Assembly: GCA_011364985.1 (NCBI GenBank)
Contig: RDOC01000003.1
Coordinates: 32,001 to 96,000 of the forward strand
Reading direction: 5' to 3'
DNA: 64,000 nt
Origin: Candidatus Thorarchaeota archaeon
GTDB taxonomy: Archaea; Asgardarchaeota; Thorarchaeia; Thorarchaeales; Thorarchaeaceae
Shown: positions 39,115-48,807 of the stretch, in pieces
How positions within the stretch are numbered: position 1 is the first letter of the stretch
How the letters are laid out: every line of letters begins with the position of its first letter
The notes under the pieces: model-generated
The model's database searches: none
What the model saw: the letters and a program-made list of their open reading frames with translations, nothing else
Told to the model about the DNA's origin: nothing
Position numbers and translations under genes: made by a program

Positions 39115-39939
39115 TTGGCCAACAGAGAGAAATGGAAGTGGTGCATACCAATTCGTGTGAAAATCATATATCATCCACTTATGTTGCAACCGTATGATAG
39201 TACTCCTGCTGGAGCGCCAGGCAGACTTGAGAGCGCTGTTGAGATTCTCAGTAAAGCCACAGGATACGAGCTTCTCACATCCGAACCAGCAACTGATGAG
39301 CAGATATTGCGTGCTCATGGCCCGAATCATTTGGAGAGTGTAAAGAGTGATGGAGAATTCATGAGAGGCGGCCTGCTCTTTGAGATGGCAGCCCTAGCTG
39401 CTGGAGGCGCGATTCTTACAGGACATATTGCAGCCAGAGGCGAACCAGCTTTTGGTCTAATTCGCCCGCCAGGGCATCATGCCTCTCGAAATAGCTACTG
39501 GGGATTCTGCTATCACAACAACATTGCTATCTCGCTGTTGGACCTGGAAAACAAGGGGATCATAAAGTCAGCCTTCGTACTTGACTTTGACCTTCACATA
39601 GGAGATGGAAATATCGATATCCTTGGCGGCAAACCTGGGTATATCATCTCAAACCCGAGAAGTCAGGGAGATGATGCATATCTTGCTGAAGTTGGGCAGA
39701 TCTTGGATGCGGCGCCCGATGTTGATATCATCGTAGCTTCCGCCGGATTTGACCAGTATGAAAACGACTGGGGAGGAAATCTATCAACAGACGCGTTTAG
39801 ACAGATTGGGAAGATGATGCATGATTTTGCCATGGAAAGATGCGAAGGAAGACGTTATGGTCTGTTAGAGGGTGGTTACAACTTCCAAGACCTTGGGACG
39901 AATGTCTATGCCTTCTGCGAAGGATTGCAGGGAAGATAG
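39115..39939 (+). CDS. histone deacetylase family protein
   Basis: RPPGHHA, GFCYHNN, DFDLHIGDG, SAGFD and LEGGY. Confidence 0.92.
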   Translation: MANREKWKWCIPIRVKIIYHPLMLQPYDSTPAGAPGRLESAVEILSKATGYELLTSEPATDEQILRAHGPNHLESVKSDGEFMRGGLLFEMAALAAGGAILTGHIAARGEPAFGLIRPPGHHASRNSYWGFCYHNNIAISLLDLENKGIIKSAFVLDFDLHIGDGNIDILGGKPGYIISNPRSQGDDAYLAEVGQILDAAPDVDIIVASAGFDQYENDWGGNLSTDAFRQIGKMMHDFAMERCEGRRYGLLEGGYNFQDLGTNVYAFCEGLQGR

Positions 39940-40008
39940 TAGGAGTGCACAAGCAACATAACTTGAGATTCCTTCAGGAGTTTATATTGCATACTGGCTG
40001 ATGAAATT

Positions 40009-40278
40009 ATGGTGTGGAATTTGCAGTTGGGTTGGCTCCTAAGTCCATTGACAGACTTCATGAATATGATAGCAGTATACTTCACCGAGATTTGGGGCTT
40101 CCTGATTTTCATCGGTCGAATTTCAGGAGTAATAGTCGTTCTTGTGGGAGCCATTCTCTGGTTCACAGAGATTAACTCCAAGAGAGGAAAAGGATTAGTT
40201 GCCAGCGGAATCCTTCTATCAATAGTAGTCCAATATTTCGTAATGTATCCGCCAGCCTTTGCTTTGATTGGTGATTAG
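40009..40278 (+). CDS. small membrane protein
   Basis: 89 aa, two TM segments. Confidence 0.55.
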   Translation: MVWNLQLGWLLSPLTDFMNMIAVYFTEIWGFLIFIGRISGVIVVLVGAILWFTEINSKRGKGLVASGILLSIVVQYFVMYPPAFALIGD

Positions 40279-40493
40279 GCAGGGAATTGTGGGCACCTTA
40301 TATTCTAGAGTGCCAACGGTAGGATAGACGTCTAGTCTTTCTTGGTTTCACACACCCATCTCGCCCGGGGATGGTTGATTCGCCCCGGGCATCCCTGGCT
40401 TCTTATTCTCCGAGGGAATGTCGAAAATCCGTTTTGTACTCAAATCTGTATAACGAAGAGTCTATAAGCATAAGAAGAGGCACTCGGTTTTCA

Positions 40494-40602
40494 GGGCCCG
40501 TTGCCTAGTATGGACCAGATGGAATTTTTCCCGTCTGGGTACAAATAGGGCGCTAGCCTTCTAAGTTAGAGGTCGCCGGTTCAAATCCGGCCGGGCCCGC
40601 CA
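40494..40602 (+). tRNA. tRNA-Arg(TCT) with 31-nt D-loop intron (40514-40544)
   Basis: Anticodon arm CTAGC CTTCTAA GTTAG; strict BHB with CCTA/TAGG, GTAT/GTAC, and bulges GGA and AAA. Confidence 0.93.
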
Positions 40603-40614
40603 TGAAACAATTTT

Positions 40615-42348
40615 CTACATATTGAAGGAGTTCTGTTCAAAGTCAAGCGATTGCTTGAGCCAATCTGGGAAACTGACATCGAGAATATGCTCAAGGTCGT
40701 GGTAGCTGTGGAGAGGGGGTGCTGTTCTCAGACGCGCTGCTCGCTTTGCACCAAACCCACGAATTGCTCTCCACTGTGCCATGGAGACCATATTTGGGTG
40801 TAGGGGAAAGGGGAGAACTGTTAGCGACCTGGGGCCATGGCCGACAACAAAGACATCCCTCTTCTTAGTCAGGTCTTGCCCCTTGGGCATATAACAAAGC
40901 AACGGGTAGGACCCAAGAGGCCGCAGAAGCTGGTAATTGACCTCATCTTGATCAATGAATACGTGCCTTATGATTGTGCCAAGAGGAGCAACATTACGAA
41001 GCATCTCAATATCGATCTCTTGGCGAATTATCTTCTTATGCCGAAAGAACTCGTTTCTCTTTATCTTAGGCTTCTTCTTAGAGTTTGCCAATGTCCCTGG
41101 GAAGCCTATAACCTGTCTGATATTGATTCGACGAACAAGGAGTCCTTCAGCCAGAAGCATCTTCAGAAATGCATAATTCGCTTCTAGTGTTTTCTTGCTT
41201 TCTCCAGGAAGGCCGTATAACAGATTAATCCCGGGCAAGAGATGTGGAAGTTCTCGTGGAGGCCGAAACCCACCCACTTCATTGAGCAGTCGAATCGCAT
41301 CCAACACCTGATCTTCATCCGCTTTGAGATTGTTCCTTCTCTGCACCTCAGGATCAAGAGATTCTACACCCAGAGCAGCAACATCACCAGTAGTGTGATA
41401 CTTCATGACTATCTTCGCTATAGCACGGCTCTCCTCAGGGTGTATGGCAATCGTACCAGGATTCACATTATCTATGTGAAGCACAGTCAAATCAGGCGCG
41501 GCCCGACGTATCTTTGCGAATAAGCTTTCGACTGCTTCAGGGGAAGGGCGAGGAAATTCATCTTCACCAATTTCAGTAGAGCCATAGGTGAAGAGGTCGG
41601 CCTGATTTCCAATCCTGAAAGCCTGAATCCCGTATTCATGAAGCGCACGCACTTCTGCCGCAATATCAACCGCATCTCTTTGCTGCGGGTGTCCGTAGAA
41701 TGGTTCAGTACAAAATGAACAGCCACCAGAGATGTAACGGGGACAGCCACGATAGGTTTCAATCTCACAAATGGCGTATCCAACAGCATGTCCTGGATGT
41801 TGTACTACAACATTTGCTCCACGTACGGCAAACCCCCTAATTTCGTCAGGTCCTTGACGGGAGTATGATAGGTCAACATCGGAGGGATTCCAGCCTATCT
41901 GAGCAATTTCTGAAAGGACAACCTCTGGATCCCCAGGCACAATGAAGTCGAATGGAGGACTGAGGATATCCGGAGGAACGGCAAGTTCCCCCCCTTCAAG
42001 GCCACAACCAAATCTCGCCCACGGTCCAGTCAGCAGTTTTGGTATATCAAGAAGTCTGTTATCGGAAAAGAATTGGCTGGCTTCTTTGACAGAGATGGGT
42101 GTGCCACCGATATATTTCCCAGGAACTATCATTCCTGCGATGAGAATCAGCATATCTGCAGTTGCCCACATTCCTTGTGGGTCCCTCATATTGCGAATTT
42201 GGTCGATTGTCTGATAGAACACTTCTGTCCTTGGCGAATGAGTCCAGATTGAGCCAGCGATGTATCGAGGATAGGGACTGATATAGGGAGGGACACCTAA
42301 ACATGTTGGTTCATCAACATAACCATCAATGAGAATGACACGGTCCAG
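40615..42348 (-). CDS. radical SAM protein
   Basis: ETYRGCPRYISGGCSFCTEP; N-terminal IDGYVDEPTCLGVPPYISPYPRY extends the frame to CTG at 42348. Confidence 0.85.
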   Translation of the reverse strand: MDRVILIDGYVDEPTCLGVPPYISPYPRYIAGSIWTHSPRTEVFYQTIDQIRNMRDPQGMWATADMLILIAGMIVPGKYIGGTPISVKEASQFFSDNRLLDIPKLLTGPWARFGCGLEGGELAVPPDILSPPFDFIVPGDPEVVLSEIAQIGWNPSDVDLSYSRQGPDEIRGFAVRGANVVVQHPGHAVGYAICEIETYRGCPRYISGGCSFCTEPFYGHPQQRDAVDIAAEVRALHEYGIQAFRIGNQADLFTYGSTEIGEDEFPRPSPEAVESLFAKIRRAAPDLTVLHIDNVNPGTIAIHPEESRAIAKIVMKYHTTGDVAALGVESLDPEVQRRNNLKADEDQVLDAIRLLNEVGGFRPPRELPHLLPGINLLYGLPGESKKTLEANYAFLKMLLAEGLLVRRINIRQVIGFPGTLANSKKKPKIKRNEFFRHKKIIRQEIDIEMLRNVAPLGTIIRHVFIDQDEVNYQLLRPLGSYPLLCYMPKGQDLTKKRDVFVVGHGPRSLTVLPFPLHPNMVSMAQWRAIRGFGAKRAARLRTAPPLHSYHDLEHILDVSFPDWLKQSLDFEQNSFNM

Positions 42349-43341
42349 TTACTCCCACTCCCGGAAGTTGTCATATCCGTTCGGTGGAACCTCGATATAT
42401 CCCTCTGATGATTCGAAGACAACTCCCTTGCCGGAAGTTGTATAGCCAATCTCTTTCAAAGGCACGTGGAGATTTCCAGCAATTTCAACGGCTTCATCCC
42501 ACTTCTCAGAGGGGACTGTGACGACCAAGATGAATTCCTCACCGCCCTCAAAGACCATACGTCGCTCGTTTATGTATAGATTTCTCGAGAAGTAGATTAC
42601 ACCTTCAGCGACGGGGAGTGTTTCAACCACGAATGAAAGGTTGCTCTGAGTTGCCATTGTATTCAAGGTTATTCCAAGCCCGTCACTGCTGTCCATGGAT
42701 GATGTGACAGCGTCTTTCTCAGCAAGGGCAGAGATCAGTCCAATAGGGATTTCGGGCTTGTATGCAGCTGTAATCGCGCGTCGCTTGAACGAGTCTTCGG
42801 CTTTCTCGCCCTTGAGAAGAATTTCATACGCTGCCGAAGTCAGTCCGAAGTCACCTGTCACCGCTATCACATCCCCTTTTTTGGCACCACCACGAGAAAT
42901 GATTCCCTTTGGTGGGGCTACACCTACCGCCACTCCAGTTAGAATGACATCATTTGAAGCTCCCAAGTCTCCACCAAGGAATGGTATTGCCTTTTTCATG
43001 CAGTACTGAGAGAACCCACGTATCAACTCCTGTGTAGCAATGACATCATAATCATGTGGAACGCAGAGCGAGAGCATGGCAGCCAGAGGTGAGCCCCCTT
43101 TAGCGGCAATGTCGCTTAATGCCATTACGGCAGTTTTCCTGCCAACTTGGGCATCAGTCATTCCGGGAAGCCAGTCAGTTGTGCCCACGAATGTATCCAC
43201 GTTCACAATGATGTTCTGATTCTCTGATAAGGGAAAATCTGAGGCGTCATCGTCAAATCTGAGCTTCGCACCCTCTGGTACCGCAACCATATGTTCGATG
43301 GTTTTCAAGAAGTTGCGTTCGCCCAATTCACCGGTCTTCAT
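42349..43341 (-). CDS. thiL: thiamine-monophosphate kinase
   Basis: LGER, DDDA, ALSDIAAKG, GGD, MDSSDGL and GGEEF. Confidence 0.92.
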   Translation of the reverse strand: MKTGELGERNFLKTIEHMVAVPEGAKLRFDDDASDFPLSENQNIIVNVDTFVGTTDWLPGMTDAQVGRKTAVMALSDIAAKGGSPLAAMLSLCVPHDYDVIATQELIRGFSQYCMKKAIPFLGGDLGASNDVILTGVAVGVAPPKGIISRGGAKKGDVIAVTGDFGLTSAAYEILLKGEKAEDSFKRRAITAAYKPEIPIGLISALAEKDAVTSSMDSSDGLGITLNTMATQSNLSFVVETLPVAEGVIYFSRNLYINERRMVFEGGEEFILVVTVPSEKWDEAVEIAGNLHVPLKEIGYTTSGKGVVFESSEGYIEVPPNGYDNFREWE

Positions 43342-43420
43342 TGAGAAACCTCTAGTCGAAGAAATTATGGTTTCATGATAAACTTTTATAACAAATAAGA
43401 AGGCAATTCGCTCCAGTCAA

Positions 43421-43554
43421 GCCTCGGTGGCCAAGTGGTTATGGCGTCTGCCTCGTAAGCAGTAGATTAGTCTCTCTGCTGAGCCAGCAGGAAAACGTTG
43501 ATTGATTACCAATCTCCGGTCGAATCGCGGGTTCGAATCCCGCCCGGGGCTCCA
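43421..43554 (+). tRNA. tRNA-Thr(CGT) with ~58-nt insertion (one or two introns) in the variable region
   Basis: Acceptor GCCTCGG/CCGGGGC-T-CCA, anticodon loop CTCGTAA, T-arm GCGGG TTCGAAT CCCGC; splice sites unresolved. Confidence 0.85.
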
Positions 43555-44234
43555 TTAATGATATCTCATTCTTCCAGTGTCTTGGATTCAAGATGTCACA
43601 TTATGTCATGAATCCCACATTCTTGAGTCTTCGAAGTACTTCAGGATCTTACATTCCTTACAGCGATGAGCTCGAATGAAGCCATGACGAAATATAGGTT
43701 GAACATTCTTGACAGAACTGGAAGAAACTTATTTCCTGAGGAAGTATCCGATACTGTCTGAAAGCAGGACTTGTCCAGTACGCGGAAGAGCAATGGGGAG
43801 AGTGTGTCTCAGTGCCAGAGAAGGTATCTACTGAAGTGGGACTGTTCCAAGAATGATTCTATCTGGTATCCCGCTTACTAACCTCATTTCTGCTTATCAA
43901 CATTCAATTTCCACATGCAGCATCCCACATCTTTATACGGCATCGGATGAGAAGTTGACTTCCAAGAGATGAAATCTGAAATGAAAAACAACAATGAACA
44001 GAAAAAGAGCCTTAACAAGACAAACAAGCCAGCCTTGTTTGAATGGCTTGCTGGAACTACAAGGTAGTTGTGATTCACAAAACAGACAGATGGATTGTCA
44101 CTTAATGGTGGCTCCTTCTGTTTGAAATAAGTCGCTTCTTTTCAAGTCACAAATTCAAAACATCGGATAGAAATCCTTATCACCGGTGGGAGGCCGATTT
44201 GGGACCAACCAACTGCATACGAACATCCACAAGT

Positions 44235-44352
44235 GCGGAGGTTGCCAAGCCTGGCCAAAGGCGCTAGGTTGAGGGCCTAGATTCTGTGGATTTTCATCAC
44301 TGAAAGGCTATCTCGTAGGAGTTCGCGAGTTCAAATCTCGCCCTCCGCACCA
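44235..44352 (+). tRNA. tRNA-Leu(GAG) with 30-nt intron (44281-44310) at 43/44
   Basis: Anticodon arm CTAGG TTGAGGG CCTAG, long variable arm after splicing, central helix GCCT/AGGC. Confidence 0.92.
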
Positions 44353-44397
44353 TTCTCTCCAATCAAGAAGATTAAATGAATTCAAGACTAATATAAC

Positions 44398-44916
44398 GTG
44401 AAGTTGGTATCTATGGATGCTTCAAGCAAAGCTTTTGCGGCGATTGCAGTTTGTGTCTTCTTGGTCATTTCATTCTTAGTACTATATGGACCAAGCGTGG
44501 GTCTTTCTTCTGGCACCGATATGCCATTCGAGATGGTTGATCCAGGCAACGGATATGGATATGAATCAAGAGCCAATTTCACTATTGAGAACGGCACATT
44601 CTGGGAGAGTCTCTGGTTGGAGCTGTACAGTGGATATGAACCTATACCAGAGGTACCAGCTGTTAACTTCACATCGGAAACGCTCATCGCAGTGTTTCAA
44701 GGTGTTCGTAGTTCAGGAGGCCATTGGACAAACATAACACGGATCATTATGACTGATACCAACTATGTAGTCTATGTCGACGAAATGCATCCTGGTAATG
44801 GATGTGGTGTTACAGCAGTCTTAACATATCCATATCAGATTGTCAAGATTAATGAACATCCACTCAGTCTGCCAGTGCAGTTCATCTATAATATCATAGT
44901 CTATGAATGTGAATAG
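44398..44916 (+). CDS. membrane-anchored PrcB C-terminal-domain-like protein
   Basis: PAVNFTSETLIAVFQGVRSSGG...VTAVLTYPYQIVK plus N-terminal TM. Confidence 0.7.
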   Translation: MKLVSMDASSKAFAAIAVCVFLVISFLVLYGPSVGLSSGTDMPFEMVDPGNGYGYESRANFTIENGTFWESLWLELYSGYEPIPEVPAVNFTSETLIAVFQGVRSSGGHWTNITRIIMTDTNYVVYVDEMHPGNGCGVTAVLTYPYQIVKINEHPLSLPVQFIYNIIVYECE

Positions 44917-44930
44917 AACAAGGACCCAGT

Positions 44931-44962
44931 GTTCGTAGATTCAAATCCTGCCCTTCACGTCA
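44931..44962 (+). repeat. degenerate tRNA-Leu-like 3'-end remnant
   Basis: GTTCGTAGATTCAAATCCTGCCCTTCACGTCA is 22/32 identical to 44321-44352, and all mismatches are transitions. Confidence 0.45.
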
Positions 44963-45011
44963 TACACTCCTGACACACTGAACTTCAAGAAGACCTGATG
45001 TGATGTTTATT

Positions 45012-45338
45012 TCAGGGTTCAGAAAGGCCGATTTCCATCACAACCCTATTCTCATTCTTGTCATATTCCGTCCAGAGAATAACGTCACGCCAATCTGATA
45101 GTGCAATCTCTGAGTGCCTTGCCAATGAAGCTTCATCACCAACAGTGAGATGGAGAAGACAGCGAAAGATACGTGGGCTGGGCTCAACCTTATACAAATC
45201 TACGAAGTGATTTTCGAAATCCTCTAGACTAGCCTCTACGGCATTAGCTCTTTCGGGTCCATAATCACTGCGGATTCGTTTTCTAATGTTGGTAGGCAAC
45301 ATTGCCATTTCTTGGTCTTTGGGGAGAGAAAAAGGCAT
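45012..45338 (-). CDS. hypothetical protein
   Basis: 108 aa, with RIFRCLLHL...DWRDVILWTEY. Confidence 0.6.
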   Translation of the reverse strand: MPFSLPKDQEMAMLPTNIRKRIRSDYGPERANAVEASLEDFENHFVDLYKVEPSPRIFRCLLHLTVGDEASLARHSEIALSDWRDVILWTEYDKNENRVVMEIGLSEP

Positions 45339-45356
45339 GAGTTAAAGAAATGAATG

Positions 45357-45559
45357 ATTGGGCCCGCTCTGATACGGGGGGAGGCAACCCGTATCGTGAG
45401 AGCGGACCCTTGGAAGGAGTTGTCTTTTGAAGCCTTCGGGTTTCCGTGAGCGGGAAGAGAGGATTACAGACCGTAGAAAATGTCAACCACAGTCAATTGA
45501 GGGACGCATGGATGGCAAAGGCTCCGGGGGCGTTCGATAGTTGCCCGCTCACGCCCAAT
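45357..45559. ncRNA. putative ~200-nt four-way-junction structured RNA
   Basis: Nested helices ATTGGGC/GCCCAAT, CCGCTCT/AGAGCGG, GATACGGG/CCCGTATC, GAAGG/CCTTC and GTGAGCGGG/CCCGCTCAC in intergenic DNA. Confidence 0.6.
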
Positions 45560-45768
45560 TATTGAAGGGATTCTTACAAATTAGAATTGACTTAGGTCAA
45601 TATAAGGTCGTACTGATGATCTGTTTCATTCTTGAACTCCGAAACTGTCAAAGCCTAGTAAACATCAGACACATAGCATACGTGTTATGCTTGTAGGTTT
45701 GTAGCTTGCCAACGATAAGCTATAAAGGAGGCATATGGAGGGACAAGAGCAAACAGGAGTGAAGCAAA

Positions 45769-46773
45769 ACGGCAGCCCCAAAGATAGGCATCATTGGCGC
45801 AGGCAATATGGGACGGATTCATGCACGAATATTGAGTAATATGCGTGCCTTGGCGGGTGTAGCAGACAAGGAATTCGAGAAGGCTGAACAAGTCGCTGGT
45901 ATGTACGGGTCACCAGCCTACCGTGAATATTCAGAGATGATAGAAGAACTGAAACTTGATGGGATTATTATTTCAACTCCCACTGGTACGCATGCGGAGA
46001 TTGCAGAAGCCATAGCCAAGAAATATGATGGCCTTCGAGGAATTCTGATCGAGAAACCATTGGCTAGTACCCTAAGAGATGCAAAGAAAGTAGCAGACAC
46101 CCTTAGGAAGAGAAGGGTTTGTACACTCATTGGCCATTCAGAGATATATAATCCCGTTGTGGAACGCGCTCTTGAGCTAATCCACAGGGGTGAAATCGGG
46201 CAACCTCACACTGTCATTCATGACAGAAGAGGTTATGTTCAACCTTCAAGAATAGCATCCCTTGGGGACGTTTTTGAGGACATCGGTGTGCACGATTTCG
46301 ATATCATGTCAAGAATAAGCAAGGGTCCTGCAAAGCTCTATGCCCAGTGCAATACAAGAAGTGGAATATTGAACATGGGCACTGTCATGGTCAAATTTGA
46401 AAGTGGTACTGAACACTTCTTCCATCTCTCTCGCCAGTATGTCGGTAGAAAACGCAGTATGGACGTTTCGGGCTCAAAGGGTACTTTGTCTTTGGACCTC
46501 TTCGGGCAAATCATAAAGATTCAAGACCTTGATGAAGCCCCAGAAGCAGACGGTCGGACTTTGAGCTTGCCGGAACGTGGGGCAACAATAAAGGTCTACG
46601 GGGAGCCCGTTCAACAAGTCATTACTGATTTTCTGAATTGCATAGAAACGAGTCAACCACCGAAAGTGGGGCTTGATGATGGATTACTTGCCCTCGAAAT
46701 CGTTGAGGCAGCCAGAAAGAGTGCCAAGGATGAGAAGCCAATAGATATCAACATTCAATCTAAGCATCTATGA
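45769..46773 (+). CDS. Gfo/Idh/MocA family oxidoreductase
   Basis: IGIIGAGNMG, IEKPLA and DIGVHDFD motifs; start inferred at ACG 45769. Confidence 0.85.
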   Translation, partial: TAAPKIGIIGAGNMGRIHARILSNMRALAGVADKEFEKAEQVAGMYGSPAYREYSEMIEELKLDGIIISTPTGTHAEIAEAIAKKYDGLRGILIEKPLASTLRDAKKVADTLRKRRVCTLIGHSEIYNPVVERALELIHRGEIGQPHTVIHDRRGYVQPSRIASLGDVFEDIGVHDFDIMSRISKGPAKLYAQCNTRSGILNMGTVMVKFESGTEHFFHLSRQYVGRKRSMDVSGSKGTLSLDLFGQIIKIQDLDEAPEADGRTLSLPERGATIKVYGEPVQQVITDFLNCIETSQPPKVGLDDGLLALEIVEAARKSAKDEKPIDINIQSKHL

Positions 46774-48059
46774 GCTACTAAATGGGTCCTCTCAGCTGAG
46801 TCTATACAGACATCAAGTTCGGTTCCCAGCGGTATAGGATCTTCAAGAATAATGGACTTGTATGCGAAATTCCTGCAAACCACACCACCCTTTGGTCCTT
46901 TCTCAATAGCAATCGCATGGCCTTTCCAACCAGTCCAAGTGGCATTAGTTTCCTGTATCATCTTGGAAACCATTCGGGAGAGCTCTCTGCTTCTTGACTT
47001 CTTAAGCTTACTATCAATCTTCTCCGTTGATTTCGAAGCCTCTGTTCCCGGACGGTCCCCATATTTGGAAATATTCACAACATCTGGCTTGATTCTTCTC
47101 AGGAGTTCTTCAGTCATTCTAAAATCGAAGGCAGTTTCACCGGGAAAGCCAACGATTATATCTGTGGCAATGGTAGCGCGCGGAAAGATCGTTCTTGTTT
47201 TGTGGACTATCTCAGTCCACTGCTCTACGGTGTACTGCCGGCCCATCTTCTTCAGCAGCTCACTGCTGCCAGTTTGAAGAGGTATATGAAAGAACTTGAA
47301 GAAGTGGTCAGACTTCATTGCTGAAAGGAGATTTCCAATGCTATCAATGACAAGATTCGGATTGAACATGCCAAGACGAAACCGGTGTTTTCCTGGAATT
47401 CTTGATAGGGACTGCAATAGCTCGTGCAGATTCTCTCCCGTATCATGCCCAAAGACACCTGCATCTTGAGATGTCAGCCGAACCTCACGATAGCCGAGAT
47501 GTGTGCATCTTTCGACAATCTCGTAGATTTCATCAATGGAATAGCTCCTGACAGCACCTCTTGCAAAACGAACAGCACAATAGGAACAATGACCAAGGCA
47601 GCCTTCACAAATTGGGATGGTACAAATCACGCTATTGGGTGGACCCTCGAAGAAGCGCAGCTTTGAAGCAGGATCGGAATCCAGATGCAGAATTCCCCGT
47701 TTCCCATCAAGTACCTGTTCTGCTATTTTTCCAAGCGAGTCTACAGACTGAGGTCCTAAAATGGCCGCATATGAGGGAATTGCCGATTCGATTCGCTGCA
47801 ATGAGATGCATGGAAGACAACCTGCAATAATAACAGGAATATCGATTTCTGCCAGAGTCCTCAGTCGATGAATTATCCGGTCTTCGGTTGGTTCTTTGAC
47901 TCCACAAGTGTTTACTAGGATCAGGCTTGCCTCATTAAGAGTTTCTGTGCGGTGTAAACCAATCGCATTCAGACGGCCAACCATGAGATCTGAATCAGCT
48001 TTGTTTAGTGAACAGCCATAGGTTTCCAAATAGAAATCCATCGACATGATGAGTAGCAC
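46755..48059 (-). CDS. tRNA t6A37 methylthiotransferase (MiaB-like, CDKAL1/MtaB type)
   Basis: ETYGCSLN, NTCGV, CLGHCSYC, TDIIVGFPGET and C-terminal TRAM. Confidence 0.9.
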   Translation of the reverse strand: MLLIMSMDFYLETYGCSLNKADSDLMVGRLNAIGLHRTETLNEASLILVNTCGVKEPTEDRIIHRLRTLAEIDIPVIIAGCLPCISLQRIESAIPSYAAILGPQSVDSLGKIAEQVLDGKRGILHLDSDPASKLRFFEGPPNSVICTIPICEGCLGHCSYCAVRFARGAVRSYSIDEIYEIVERCTHLGYREVRLTSQDAGVFGHDTGENLHELLQSLSRIPGKHRFRLGMFNPNLVIDSIGNLLSAMKSDHFFKFFHIPLQTGSSELLKKMGRQYTVEQWTEIVHKTRTIFPRATIATDIIVGFPGETAFDFRMTEELLRRIKPDVVNISKYGDRPGTEASKSTEKIDSKLKKSRSRELSRMVSKMIQETNATWTGWKGHAIAIEKGPKGGVVCRNFAYKSIILEDPIPLGTELDVCIDSAERTHLVAHRCLD

Positions 48060-48341
48060 CTAGCCGCCTTGAACATGAGGGAGAATGGTGACCTCATCAT
48101 CATCTTTGATGGGTTCTCCAAGTCCACCCAGAGTATTCACATCTCTCTTATTCAACATCACAATAAGGTTTCCACTGATGCGTTCTTCCTCCATAATTAG
48201 CTGCTCCAGCTTTGGTCCTGCGATTTCGATAACCTTGGCTATTACGTCTTCAACAGTGGCTCCGCTTTGCATTTCGAGCTCCAAGATGCTGCTTTCCAAA
48301 ATCCTTCGAAAAGGGCCAAATGACTTGAATTTCACCCGCAC
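48060..48341 (-). CDS. MoaD/ThiS (SAMP) ubiquitin-like protein
   Basis: 93 aa ending in PHVQGG. Confidence 0.88.
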   Translation of the reverse strand: MRVKFKSFGPFRRILESSILELEMQSGATVEDVIAKVIEIAGPKLEQLIMEEERISGNLIVMLNKRDVNTLGGLGEPIKDDDEVTILPHVQGG

Positions 48342-48373
48342 TTCAACGACCTTTTGGTTTGCTCTCTTCTATG

Positions 48374-48757
48374 CTATTCAGGCTTTTGATAGTGTGAAAT
48401 CGCATCATTAGTGAGGGACTCAACCACCTTGATGATCTCGTCAATTTCCACCTTGGTCACGTTATCATAATGGATTCCAACCGTCACTACCACTGGGCGA
48501 TTCAGAGCTTTGGTGAGTGTCACTGCTGTGGAGTTAGCTATGATATAGTCCTTATGTCCAGGAAGTGTTATACTGTTCAGACTCACAGTGGTGGCACTAC
48601 GATAGTGGCTTGGAGTTGGATAAGATACCGCCACTCCTCCAATATGACATTCGTCGCCACCAGATACTGCAACAAGCAAGTCGTTGCCAATTTCCCTTAC
48701 CTCGAAGAAGATCATGTGACGACCTGCCGCTTTTTTGAATATCATTTTCATTTGCAC
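48374..48757 (-). CDS. LpdD-like protein
   Basis: IGNDLLVAVSGG..HIGG, PGHKD and GIHYDN. Confidence 0.65.
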   Translation of the reverse strand: MQMKMIFKKAAGRHMIFFEVREIGNDLLVAVSGGDECHIGGVAVSYPTPSHYRSATTVSLNSITLPGHKDYIIANSTAVTLTKALNRPVVVTVGIHYDNVTKVEIDEIIKVVESLTNDAISHYQKPE

Positions 48758-48807
48758 CTTTAGCAGTAAAGGCTGTTTCAGTATTGGTTTCTTCTTATAC
48801 TCAAGCT

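Noticed and set aside
43555-44234. Gene between tRNA-Thr and tRNA-Leu (64-aa ORF 43884-44078)
   Set aside because: Short, with no recognisable motif; may be decayed sequence
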